NCBI GenBank assembly: GCA_963697165.1
Contig: CAVOMX010000018.1
Coordinates: 1 to 64,000 of the forward strand
Reading direction: 5' to 3'
From: Candidatus Bathyarchaeota archaeon
GTDB taxonomy: Archaea; Thermoproteota; Bathyarchaeia; Bathyarchaeales; Bathyarchaeaceae
DNA length: 64,000 nt
Below the pieces are notes generated by a model. The model was given only the letters and a program-made list of their open reading frames with translations, was not told the DNA's origin and did no database searches. The position numbers were made by a program, and so were the translations under genes. This document shows, piece after piece, positions 1-9,507 of this stretch. How positions within the stretch are numbered: the first letter of the stretch is position 1; each line of letters opens with the position of its first letter.

Positions 1-105
1 AGAGTAAAAGAACTGATCAATGTTGAAAAGTAAACCTCAAAACGAGTTCCTTATCTCATTTACTCAAAAAATCTAGTTAATAATCAAAGATAGGGAGTTT
101 AAATT

Positions 106-686
106 TTGCTGATTGTTTTCTTCAAATCGATTCAATTTTTTATAATTGGAATCTTTGTTGTTTTTATTTCCGATTTCAGAAACAAAAGTGGAATGGTGCC
201 AATAATAAATGAAAAAATTACTTCACTACTAAAAATAAGTTATCTTGTACCACTCGGAATTTTCGTAGATATTTTGATTTTTATGGATAATTTGACTTAT
301 TTTACTTTTTTTAGGTCTTATTTCTTACAGTTTTGGGAACAGCAATAACTGTAAAAGCAAAATACGACTTGAGAACCCACCATACTTGGATAGGTTATTG
401 TAGAACTCTTCAATTCTAATAACGACTGGGATATACTCATACATAAGACACCCCCTGGTACACGGGGATTTGCCTATTTATGATAGGAGGATTAATTGCG
501 GCAATCCCTAACACAACATTACTTGTTTCAATTCTATTTACTATCATCATAATTTTCATAATGTCTTTTCTGGCAATTCTAGCCTCAAAAGAAACAAAAC
601 ATTTACAAAAGACAGCAGGAAAAGATTTTTTGCGATATCAAAAAGAAGTTCACCCGGTCTTTCCAATTAAGAAATACTCCAGATGA
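106..686 (+). CDS. Isoprenylcysteine carboxyl methyltransferase (ICMT/PEMT)-family membrane protein, broken by frameshifts
   Basis: ORF pieces 106-348 and 480-686 are hydrophobic; the DNA between them reads TGIYSYIRHP; the C-terminus (KETKHL...GKDFLRYQKEVH) has the family pattern. Confidence 0.6.
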
Positions 687-707
687 TTATATGAAAGCAA
701 ATCTCAG

Positions 708-800
708 AAACGCGCGCATTTTGAACTCACATAATTGATTAAAAGAATCTTTCAAGTTCTATTGTAGTTAGTAGCAAAACAAGGTTTTTGCGCGCGCATC
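708..800. repeat. Pair of GC-rich CGCGCGCAT motifs in an AT-rich intergenic region
   Basis: aaacgcgcgcattt at ~708 and gtttttgcgcgcgcatc at ~784-800; a similar pair lies at ~44192-44308. Confidence 0.5.
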
Positions 801-901
801 AAACTTTTCTTTTTTATTTTCACTATTGTTTATAGATTATTATTCAGTATTCACATGACTTAAATTTTAAGTCAATATTCTTTATTGGTTAGGGAAAATA
901 A

Positions 902-1369
902 ATGGATAAAACAGCAAGGATTCTAATTATCGACGATGATGAGAGAATATGTGAGTCAATATCAACGGTATTAACAGAAGAGGGCTATGTTGTAGAAGTC
1001 GCCAAAAATGGCAAAGAAGCAATAGATTTGTCTTATTCAAGATTCTATAATCTGGCAATTATTGACTGGCGTCTACCAGACATTGAAGGCACAAAACTTC
1101 TAGGGGAATTAAAGGAAACAACACCCAAGATGCCCAAAATAATGCTCACGGGTTATCCTTCAATGTCTAATGCCATTGACGCTGTAAATAATCGTGCTGA
1201 TTCTTTTCTAATGAAACCAGTTCGTATGGAAATATTATTGGAGAAAATCAAAGAACTCCTAAAACAACAAGATGAACAAAACGAATTCAGCGAAGAACAA
1301 ATGGCTAACTTCATTGAATCAAAAGCTAAAATGTTGACAAATAGCACACAGTTAGGTAATGGTCTTTAG
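902..1369 (+). CDS. Response regulator, standalone receiver domain with C-terminal helix
   Basis: ILIIDDD, IIDWRLPDIEG (phospho-Asp), MLTG, FLMKP. Confidence 0.92.
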   Translation: MDKTARILIIDDDERICESISTVLTEEGYVVEVAKNGKEAIDLSYSRFYNLAIIDWRLPDIEGTKLLGELKETTPKMPKIMLTGYPSMSNAIDAVNNRADSFLMKPVRMEILLEKIKELLKQQDEQNEFSEEQMANFIESKAKMLTNSTQLGNGL

Positions 1370-1380
1370 TTTCATGGTCT

Positions 1381-1701
1381 TTGGTGGTTTTTGTGTCTAA
1401 CCACATTAATAATGATCTGATTTTGGACGTTTTTGAGAGAGGACTAGATTCTCTGGGGGAAAGCCCAAAAAAAGCAATTTGGTTTGTCTTAGAAGAACAA
1501 TTTAATGTTAACCGGAACGAAAGCCCAATAAATGTCAAAAAAATTACAGATGCATTAGAAAAAATCTTTGGTTTAGGATACACTTTCTTGGATACTATAT
1601 TAAAACAACATCTCGAAGATTTAACTGGAAAAACTTGCCCAAACAAGTCCTTTGTAGAATCTGTACAAATCCTACGGGTTGAAGCACAGCCTGTTATGTA
1701 G
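1381..1701 (+). CDS. Small helical protein of the type found in archaeal two-component loci (DUF3227-like)
   Basis: GLDSLGE...ALEKIFGLG pattern; lies between the regulator and the kinase. Confidence 0.6.
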   Translation: MVVFVSNHINNDLILDVFERGLDSLGESPKKAIWFVLEEQFNVNRNESPINVKKITDALEKIFGLGYTFLDTILKQHLEDLTGKTCPNKSFVESVQILRVEAQPVM

Positions 1702-1724
1702 CAACGAAATAATTAGTTTATTAC

Positions 1725-3140
1725 TTGACGAATGAACAGATTAAAGAAAACAAGTTTGAACTGAAAATGATTGATTATCTGCTATCTTCAATTCTATGGA
1801 TTGCACTAATTATTTTAGATTCATTTTTAGTAGCCAGATTTGCGTTAATGTATCGCAAAGATCATGATAAACTCAAACTTATGTTTGCCATAGGACTTCT
1901 AATGACCGCACAAATCTATATTATGGCAATAATTGGCATTAACACTTCTCCTCTAACAAAAAGGGTTTATGATTGGAGCTCACTTCCAATTTTATTTACC
2001 TTCATCTTAATTCTATTTCATGACCGGTTTAACTGGTCTATTAATTCAGCCTACAAATTTTTCCTGGGTGTGTTGGCCATTACAATTGTATTATTCTTTC
2101 TACCCGTTCCATTTCCTTCAACCCCCATTTTAATGATAGGTGTTGTATTTGCCACACTTCAAGCAATAATCCAATACACGAAAAAGTTTGACATCTCCTC
2201 TGTAACTTTAATGCTTTCAATGCCAAGTTACGCAATCTGTTTTGCTGCAATTGAGCAGAATTTAATCGAACTGGCTATTTTTTCCGGATTTTCCACCAAG
2301 GCCTTTTTGATATTAGCATTTGAAATTGCAAATAGACAAAGTGGAGCAAAATCTTCGATTCTTGTTCTCAAGCAACAGCTGGATAGGGCAGAAAAAAATT
2401 TTTACAACATTAGGAACAAGCTAGAACTGAATAAAAGAATGGCTGAAATTGGGGAGCTATCTACTATGGTTGCTCATGACTTGAGAAACCCGTTGCAGAG
2501 CATTGCCACTTCGGCTTATTTCTTGAAAAATAATAAGTTTAAAGAAGATGATAGAAAATATGCTTTAATGGTGCAAAATATTGAAGATTCTGTAAATTAT
2601 TCAAATAAAATTGTTAATGAAATTCTTGATTATTCATCAATATTAAACCTGGAGATTACAGAGACGACACCTGAATCAATAATAAATCAAGTATTATCAG
2701 GCATAACCATTCCTGATAATATCGTACTATTGAACAATTCTAAACCTAAACCAGTATTGCATCTTGACGTCAACAAAATTCGGAGGGTTTGTGAAAATTT
2801 AATTAAGAACGCCGTGGATGCGATGCCCGAAGGTGGTACAATAACGATAACAAGTGAAGAAACAAATGACATGTTAGAAATAAGCATTTCTGATACAGGA
2901 TGCGGGATACCAAAAGAAAACCTGAAAAAAATTATGACTCCATTCTTTACCACCAAAGCAAAAGGTATTGGATTGGGATTGGCAATATGTCATCGAATTA
3001 TCGAATCACATATGGGTAAAATACTTGTCGAGAGTGAGAAAGATCACGGAACAATATTTTCTATAATTCTACCAAAAATAGATATTAAAAAAACGAATGA
3101 AAGTAATTCGTTCAAAACATTAAAATTGCAGATGAATTAG
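1725..3140 (+). CDS. Membrane sensor histidine kinase (multi-TM, HisKA, HATPase_c)
   Basis: H-box VAHDLRNPL, N-box NLIKNAVDAM, DTGCGI, PFFTTK, GIGLGL. Confidence 0.95.
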   Translation: MTNEQIKENKFELKMIDYLLSSILWIALIILDSFLVARFALMYRKDHDKLKLMFAIGLLMTAQIYIMAIIGINTSPLTKRVYDWSSLPILFTFILILFHDRFNWSINSAYKFFLGVLAITIVLFFLPVPFPSTPILMIGVVFATLQAIIQYTKKFDISSVTLMLSMPSYAICFAAIEQNLIELAIFSGFSTKAFLILAFEIANRQSGAKSSILVLKQQLDRAEKNFYNIRNKLELNKRMAEIGELSTMVAHDLRNPLQSIATSAYFLKNNKFKEDDRKYALMVQNIEDSVNYSNKIVNEILDYSSILNLEITETTPESIINQVLSGITIPDNIVLLNNSKPKPVLHLDVNKIRRVCENLIKNAVDAMPEGGTITITSEETNDMLEISISDTGCGIPKENLKKIMTPFFTTKAKGIGLGLAICHRIIESHMGKILVESEKDHGTIFSIILPKIDIKKTNESNSFKTLKLQMN

Positions 3141-3293
3141 GATTAGGGCTAGCCAGTCATCAATCTTTCTCGGGGATCGCCTGTGATATCGTAAGGCTTT
3201 TTGCTTTTTTGTGATTTTAAGTTCTTCGTTGAAAGGCAAAAGGTAAATAATTCTTTGTTAATAATTAATACTTACCTAATAGGATGATTTGAT

Positions 3294-4499
3294 ATGACAA
3301 ATTTTAAACCAAATAGAAAGTCTATCATGGTCGCACTGACACTTATAATTATGGCTAGTTTAATCGTAGCCATCCCCGGTCAAGCAAAGCCGACAGTAGA
3401 AAAAAGAGTTGGTTTAGTAAAAACTATAGAGATAGAACCCCTTGGTCAGATTACCGATGCGGTAAAAGATACGTTAGAGTTTGATACTGCCAATGGTGAA
3501 TACCCTAACATCATTTACCTCTCAGGAGATGTATACGCCATAACCTATACGGGTGATGGAAATGATGGATATTTAAAAACGGTAGAGATTGCTACTGACG
3601 GTGAGATGGATATGGTGATAGATACGTTAGAATTTGATACTGCCAATGGTGAGTACCCTAACATCATTCACGTCTCAGATAATATCTACGCCTTAGCTTA
3701 TCAGGGTAAAGGCAATGACGGTTTTCTGAAGACAGTGGAGATAACTCCCAGTGGTCAGATTACCGATAAGGTGATCGACACCCTGGAGTTTGATCCAGTT
3801 GTTGCCACAACACCCAATATCATTCCTGTTTTAGGTAATATATTTGCTATAGCTTATTGGGGTGAATACGGTGATGGTTTCCTTAAGACAGTAGAGATAG
3901 ATACCTCTGGTCATATTACTGATGTGGTAATAGATACGTTAGAGTTTGATACAGTTATGGGCTGGTACCCTAACATCATTCAAATCTCAGATGAAGTATA
4001 CGCCATAACCTATGCAGGCATTTACGAATATGGATACTTAAAGACAGTAGGGATTGCTACTACCGGTGAGATTGCGGATACGGTAATAGATACTTTAGAG
4101 TTCGATTCGACTATTGGCACAACTCCCAATATTATCCATGTTTTAGACGATGTCTATGCTATAGCCTATGAGGGACCCAGTGGCAATGGTTTCCTTTCGA
4201 CAGTAGGGATTGCTACTGACGGGAAGATTGCGGATACGGTAATAGATACATTAGAGTTCGATAATGGCAATTGCAAGTTCCCTAACATAATTTATGTTTC
4301 AAACGATGTCTATGCTATAGCCTATGAGGGACCCAGTGGCAATGGTTTCCTTTCGACAGTAGGGATTGCTACTGACGGTGATATTGATACGGTAAAAGCT
4401 ACTTTAGCGTTCGATTCGACTATTGGCACAACTCCCAATATTATCCATGTTTCAGACGATGTCTATGCTGTAGCATATACCCAAGTATCGAAGGGATGA
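3294..4499 (+). CDS. Secreted protein with seven ~52-aa repeats, probable 7-bladed beta-propeller
   Basis: N-terminal signal peptide; seven copies of KTV.I...G.I.D.VIDTLEFD......PNII......YAI.Y. Confidence 0.8.
   Translation: MTNFKPNRKSIMVALTLIIMASLIVAIPGQAKPTVEKRVGLVKTIEIEPLGQITDAVKDTLEFDTANGEYPNIIYLSGDVYAITYTGDGNDGYLKTVEIATDGEMDMVIDTLEFDTANGEYPNIIHVSDNIYALAYQGKGNDGFLKTVEITPSGQITDKVIDTLEFDPVVATTPNIIPVLGNIFAIAYWGEYGDGFLKTVEIDTSGHITDVVIDTLEFDTVMGWYPNIIQISDEVYAITYAGIYEYGYLKTVGIATTGEIADTVIDTLEFDSTIGTTPNIIHVLDDVYAIAYEGPSGNGFLSTVGIATDGKIADTVIDTLEFDNGNCKFPNIIYVSNDVYAIAYEGPSGNGFLSTVGIATDGDIDTVKATLAFDSTIGTTPNIIHVSDDVYAVAYTQVSKG
4147..4378 (+). repeat. Exact 76-bp intragenic direct repeat (4147-4222 = 4303-4378)
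   Basis: acgatgtctatgctatagcctatgagggacccagtggc...actgacgg occurs twice, offset 156 bp (52 codons). Confidence 0.9.
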
Positions 4500-4997
4500 T
4501 ATTATTTTAGAAAAATAACATCCCGACCTTTCTCTTTTTTGGGATTAAGAAAGTTCTCAAGCTTTTGGACAATTTTTCGAAGTCATTTCCATTGTTTTAT
4601 TAGGAGTTTTAAGTTGTCATAATATCGTTTGTATAGACCGATGTATCCACGTTCGCTGCAACAATTTAACAAAGCCATTTACCGTTCAAAGACTTGAAAT
4701 AAATCGGAATTCGTTACTTCAGTCGAAACAAGAATCATAATATTTGCATCCTTTTGAACTCTGTCTCATAAATTATGATACATTAATCACCATGACTTAG
4801 AAACTCTCTTTTTCTCATATTTAAAATTCATAACATAATGTAGTTATTGAGGGGGTATTTTTCATTTATAGCAAAAATAACTAGTAATAATTTCAGATTT
4901 GTTCATTCTGGCTCATTTTTTTTGTTGGACATCCTAATTTACTAAAGAATGTAACGATTAACTGATGATCAAAAATATGTGGATTTACACCAAAATG

Positions 4998-7139
4998 TTA
5001 TGACCAAACATGTAACATTGTTGCATCAATCGCCCAGCTATCTTGCGTTAAATCGTTTGTTTCGGTTCCACCTTTGAATCTAATAGTAAGCGTTGGAGAT
5101 GTGAGATAGGATGTAATTGTAGCGTTATTCCATCCGTTTGCTAGATCTGTGAACAAATTTTGCCAAGTTGAACCGTTCCATATATCAACTCGAATATTCT
5201 CAGAAGGAAATGCTTCAAAAGCTACATCTGATGAGAACGAATAACTTCCAGATGCAGAGCCATCGCTATTACTAGGTCCAATGTCACTAAAATTATTATT
5301 AAGGTTGAAGTAAGACATTAGATTAGATTCAGATCCATTCACTTCTGTATCATAATCGCTTTGTATTTCCTCCGAGGTTCTATCGATACTCCAGTATCTT
5401 AAATCATCGCCATACCCATCTGTAGGAACTGAACTACCACGTGAATTCATAAAATTATTTTCTGTTACGCCAACGGTTGAAATATTATTCGTCCAAGTGG
5501 AAATATGAGTATCTTCCATCGGAACATTATTTTCATCTCCAACGTAAAGGTATAAATTGTCAGTATCCTCATTCCAAACAATCGCTATGAAATACCAAAT
5601 ATTAGTTTCAAAATTGGTATTACTTTCAATAGTAATGGTGCTTCCCCAATCCACCCAAAGACGATTTTGCACACCTTCTTCAGTTGCATATGTACTGATA
5701 CTTGTTTCCATATTTTCGTGTTGCCCCCAAGGTCTTGGTCTAATTGGTCCGGTACCAAAAGTATCCCATTTTATCCAAAACGATATTGTACCTTTTGAGG
5801 AGCCCCAATCCGGTGTTCCATCTCCAACAATCATGTAACCACCTGTAGCATCAAAGGAATGTGTATTGTTACCCTTTTGGATACTTATTGCCAACTCTTC
5901 ATTAGTTTGGCTAAACTCTACATTTGTCCATTGAACTTCTAAATCGAGCTGATAGTCGTCTAATATGGCGTAGGCAACTCCTTCCGGAGATGTTCCTGGG
6001 CGATCCCAATTGTTTATTTCAGTACCATTGGTATAGTATTCGTAAAGAGAATCTGTAGAGCCACTGACAATCCATAGGTGCCCTGAAACAATATCATAAG
6101 CGATACCCGTAGGATCTGTGAAACTCCAACTGGTTTGAATGTTCCCATAAATGTCTATTTGATAAACTGTATCACTTCCCTCGTCAGTTGCCCAGAGGTA
6201 TGATCCATCCCAGGCCAAACCCGTGCAATAAGAGATGCCACTGTAAGAAAATGATCTTTCAGCAACTGTCGGGTTAGCGGGGTCCACTTGGTAGATTAAA
6301 TCATCACTACGGTCAGCGATAAACCATCTTGAACTATTCCAAGCCAAACCCTCAGCATCACCAGAGTATCCCGAAATACTCCATCGGGTTAGTTCTTCAC
6401 CGGTATTTGCATTAAACTTGATGAGAGAATCAACACCTGATCCTTTATCAACCAAATAGATGTATTCATTTCCATATTCAAATCTATATTCTAATCCATA
6501 CGGATAGGATGTACCAGTATCCCAGCTTAGAATCTCAGTTCCATTAGGATCAGATTTGTTGTGCTTACTAACAAAGTCGTTATCACCAGAAATCCAAATA
6601 TATTCATTAACTCCCAGGAAGCCTTCTTCTGTCAAAATATCGTAAGTTGAATCAGGGCCATATTGTTGGGCCGTAAAATTTGAGTGAACACCTTTATCAG
6701 CAGACCCATCTACGTCACTTGTATTATTGTCTACAAAATCAAACAAGTTGGCAACTGAATCAAGTATTGTCTGAAATATGTTATTGCTTTGTTGTTCGTA
6801 CACATAAGCGTAAGTGATGAATGGTGATGAAAACAATAACAAACACATAATCCAAACTAATGCTCTTTTTTGATTTAACTTCTTTTTATTGTTTCCACTT
6901 AAATTACTTGTTTTTTCCGTTTTTAGATTTCTTATTCCCAAATACAAACAGTAAGCTGAAAAAAAAGAAGCAGTAATTACCAGAAATAAAATAGTAACAA
7001 AATCTGGGAAACGAGAGGGAAACAAGTTCATTTGTATGCCTATTGTATAATCTAAGAAGTTTATTATTGATGCTATCCAAGAGACCATAAGACCTAGAAA
7101 AATGACTGTGAGCGCTTTATTTGGCATAAACTTGGACAT
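4998..7139 (-). CDS. Membrane-anchored surface protein: 3 TM, beta-propeller repeats, LamG/ConA-like domain
   Basis: Three hydrophobic N-terminal segments; GLAW/GIAY/GVAY repeats; TISFWIK...WYFIAIVW...DDLRYW LamG signature. Confidence 0.8.
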   Translation of the reverse strand: MSKFMPNKALTVIFLGLMVSWIASIINFLDYTIGIQMNLFPSRFPDFVTILFLVITASFFSAYCLYLGIRNLKTEKTSNLSGNNKKKLNQKRALVWIMCLLLFSSPFITYAYVYEQQSNNIFQTILDSVANLFDFVDNNTSDVDGSADKGVHSNFTAQQYGPDSTYDILTEEGFLGVNEYIWISGDNDFVSKHNKSDPNGTEILSWDTGTSYPYGLEYRFEYGNEYIYLVDKGSGVDSLIKFNANTGEELTRWSISGYSGDAEGLAWNSSRWFIADRSDDLIYQVDPANPTVAERSFSYSGISYCTGLAWDGSYLWATDEGSDTVYQIDIYGNIQTSWSFTDPTGIAYDIVSGHLWIVSGSTDSLYEYYTNGTEINNWDRPGTSPEGVAYAILDDYQLDLEVQWTNVEFSQTNEELAISIQKGNNTHSFDATGGYMIVGDGTPDWGSSKGTISFWIKWDTFGTGPIRPRPWGQHENMETSISTYATEEGVQNRLWVDWGSTITIESNTNFETNIWYFIAIVWNEDTDNLYLYVGDENNVPMEDTHISTWTNNISTVGVTENNFMNSRGSSVPTDGYGDDLRYWSIDRTSEEIQSDYDTEVNGSESNLMSYFNLNNNFSDIGPSNSDGSASGSYSFSSDVAFEAFPSENIRVDIWNGSTWQNLFTDLANGWNNATITSYLTSPTLTIRFKGGTETNDLTQDSWAIDATMLHVWS

Positions 7140-7254
7140 TTACAATTCTCTCTCATTGTGACATTAGATATAATGCCGATTTGAAATGAATATAAGCACT
7201 ATGAATTATCAATCATGAATCCGAATTCATAATGCTTTATTATGAAAACCTTCA

Positions 7255-7794
7255 TTGTTTTCTATTGTGATGCGTATGCAAAAAAGATTTTCAGGATTAG
7301 CATTCATTGTTCTTAGTATACTAATTGTTTCAGTATCAGCTTATGTGTTTGAATCAGCAAGTCAAACAGTAACACAAACAGTTAAAGACGTTGCCACAAT
7401 AACTATACAAAATTCTGCCTTAGGCAATATCAACGAAGGAGAAACAATTGCATATACAAAAACTGAAGTTTCAGAACTTGGAGACGCAATTAGTATTGTA
7501 ACTACAAGTGCAGAATCGAATGTCTATCTTCACTTGGACAGCGATATAGATAGCCTAAGCAGCTACTATTCAACGTATAATATTGTAGTGAAATTTGCTA
7601 CTGTTGTAGGCAGTACATATTCAGTGGATGACACTGCCTGCACACTATCACTCGGCTCTCCTGACTATAGCTCAATTGACTTAGATGCAGCTGGAACATG
7701 GACTTTTGATTTCGAAATAACAACCACCGCCAGTCAAGTAAGTTCTGACCAACCAACAACAGTAACTATAGTTACCACCGCTGAAAGCACTTAG
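7255..7794 (+). CDS. Secreted Ser/Thr-rich beta protein, candidate fibre/pilin-like subunit
   Basis: Signal peptide ending VSA-YVFE; acidic, Thr-rich mature part; likely start is the ATG at 7276. Confidence 0.6.
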   Translation: MFSIVMRMQKRFSGLAFIVLSILIVSVSAYVFESASQTVTQTVKDVATITIQNSALGNINEGETIAYTKTEVSELGDAISIVTTSAESNVYLHLDSDIDSLSSYYSTYNIVVKFATVVGSTYSVDDTACTLSLGSPDYSSIDLDAAGTWTFDFEITTTASQVSSDQPTTVTIVTTAEST

Positions 7795-8177
7795 TGATGG
7801 AATCTATATTGTTTTCAAAAATTAAAGTGGTGTATGCCACTTTTCTTTTTTCATTTAGCATCTGGTTAATATTAATCTTCATTTATGGTTTTCCTTCGAT
7901 AAATGGAGCGTTACAAGTCGAAATCTTAAGTCCTGCTTTACTAACCTTTTTGGTTGGGTCAGCAATAGTAGCTTCAGTTTCGTGTTTGCTGATTGGACTG
8001 CATATGTTTGGTTTAAAAACTGAAACAAAAAAGAAGGTAACAGAAGAAAAAGACAGCAGTATTAATGATTTAAACTTGCCAACTGAAGAGATTAGAACTA
8101 ATACGTTAAACATAGAAGATGATTCCGCTACAGAACCTGAAAAAACAAGGAAAAAACCAATAATCCCGCATGCTTAA
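7794..8177 (+). CDS. Two-TM membrane protein with charged tail
   Basis: Two hydrophobic helices; overlaps the upstream stop; resembles the N-terminus of 4998-7139. Confidence 0.65.
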   Translation: MMESILFSKIKVVYATFLFSFSIWLILIFIYGFPSINGALQVEILSPALLTFLVGSAIVASVSCLLIGLHMFGLKTETKKKVTEEKDSSINDLNLPTEEIRTNTLNIEDDSATEPEKTRKKPIIPHA

Positions 8178-8339
8178 TGACCTATATTGCGAATTCATAC
8201 ACTTTTAGTTATATTCTCAATTCAGCTTTAACTCTTCTCTCACATTTCCGGTCTAGTTATGAGTATATCCTTTTTACTAAAAGGGTATACACGAATTCCT
8301 TATTGTATTATTACTACTGAATCCAGACTGAATTCTGAC

Positions 8340-8442
8340 TCGTGCTCCTAGCGTAGACGACTTTGTTGAAGAACAGATGAAAAAACTCCACGAACAATAC
8401 GACCGATGGCTGGAACAAAAAGAAGAAGATGAAAAGAGCTAA
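8340..8442 (+). pseudogene. Orphan C-terminal coding fragment (APSVDDFVEEQMKKLHEQYDRWLEQKEEDEKS*)
   Basis: Protein-like, purine-rich frame ending in TAA; no clear start codon identified. Confidence 0.35.
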
Positions 8443-8542
8443 CTTATTTTCAATGAAAATTCATACCTGTTTTTTTGTAGCTACTCTTAAATAGGTCGCT
8501 TTTGGGTATCTCAAGACATTGAGATTTAGAGAAGTGGATTGA

Positions 8543-8890
8543 ATGGAATTTTGTTCAAGTTGTGGAGCACGATTAATCGTCAAATCTAGAGGTAAACTGA
8601 CTCTTTATTGTTCAAAGTGCAAAAAGAAATTTGAGTCATCAGAAAAAAACCTGATGAAAGTTATAGAAAACAATTCTTCATATCCAAAAAATGATCATAC
8701 AGAAGCTATTATTGTAATTGATAAAAAATTACAAAAATTGAAAACTCTTCCAACAGTAGATTCTGAATGCTTTAAATGTAAGGGAAAAAAAGCAGAAACA
8801 TGGACCTTAGATTTAGGATCTGAAGACAATTCACAAGCAATATTCTTTCGATGCACCAGTTGTGGCTATACTTGGCGCGAAACCGATTGA
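8543..8890 (+). CDS. Transcription factor S (TFS/RpoM)-like paralogue with non-canonical acidic hairpin
   Basis: N-ribbon MEFCSSCG...CSKC; C-ribbon LPT...CFKC...FFRCTSCGYTWRE; SEDN where TFS has SADE. Confidence 0.85.
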   Translation: MEFCSSCGARLIVKSRGKLTLYCSKCKKKFESSEKNLMKVIENNSSYPKNDHTEAIIVIDKKLQKLKTLPTVDSECFKCKGKKAETWTLDLGSEDNSQAIFFRCTSCGYTWRETD

Positions 8891-9079
8891 AAGATAAAAA
8901 AAATTAAACTGGTTGGGAGCGTATGGACTTAGGCTCAGAGTTTGAAGTCTTTTAACTATTCCTTTTTTTCTTCTCCCAATATATCACGTACGCTTCCTAG
9001 TGCTTTTCGCGTGCATTTCTGTACCCTCAGTTAACAAATTTTAAAAAAGATTTTGGGTTAAACAAGTTATTGAGCCAAA

Positions 9080-9361
9080 TTGCGTGATCAGGAAAAATAC
9101 ACTTGCGGAAATCCTAGATGCAAACATACATTTGATAATCCAAAGTTAGTACAATATTATATATGTCCTTTCTGTGCATCTAAAGTAGAAACGGAAACGA
9201 TTGAACAGGGATGTTTACATTATTTTGGCTATCTTAGGGAACGTGAAAGTGGTGAACCTATACCAAATGAATGTATAGAATGCAAAAAGAGTGTAGAATG
9301 CATGCTAACAACTCTTACCTCAAAAGATGCGGTTGAAGAAATACAAAAATGGTATAAATAA
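9080..9361 (+). CDS. Small Cys-rich zinc-binding protein
   Basis: CGNPRC, CPFC, CLHYFGYL, IPNECIEC...C. Confidence 0.7.
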   Translation: MRDQEKYTCGNPRCKHTFDNPKLVQYYICPFCASKVETETIEQGCLHYFGYLRERESGEPIPNECIECKKSVECMLTTLTSKDAVEEIQKWYK

Positions 9362-9507
9362 TGGAGAAATTTTCCAAAAGAATTAAATTTCAATCATATG
9401 ATCGAATGTAGATTTCCCTAACCCAATTGATTTTTCGCGAATAATAGAATCTAAGAAAATTGACAATATAAAAAAAGAAAAGAATGAGGAGATTATGGGT
9501 TTAGGAT

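Noticed and set aside
3294..4499. CRISPR array or DGR template/variable repeat
   Set aside because: The repeats are in-frame coding units of ~156 bp; no spacers, cas genes or reverse transcriptase are present
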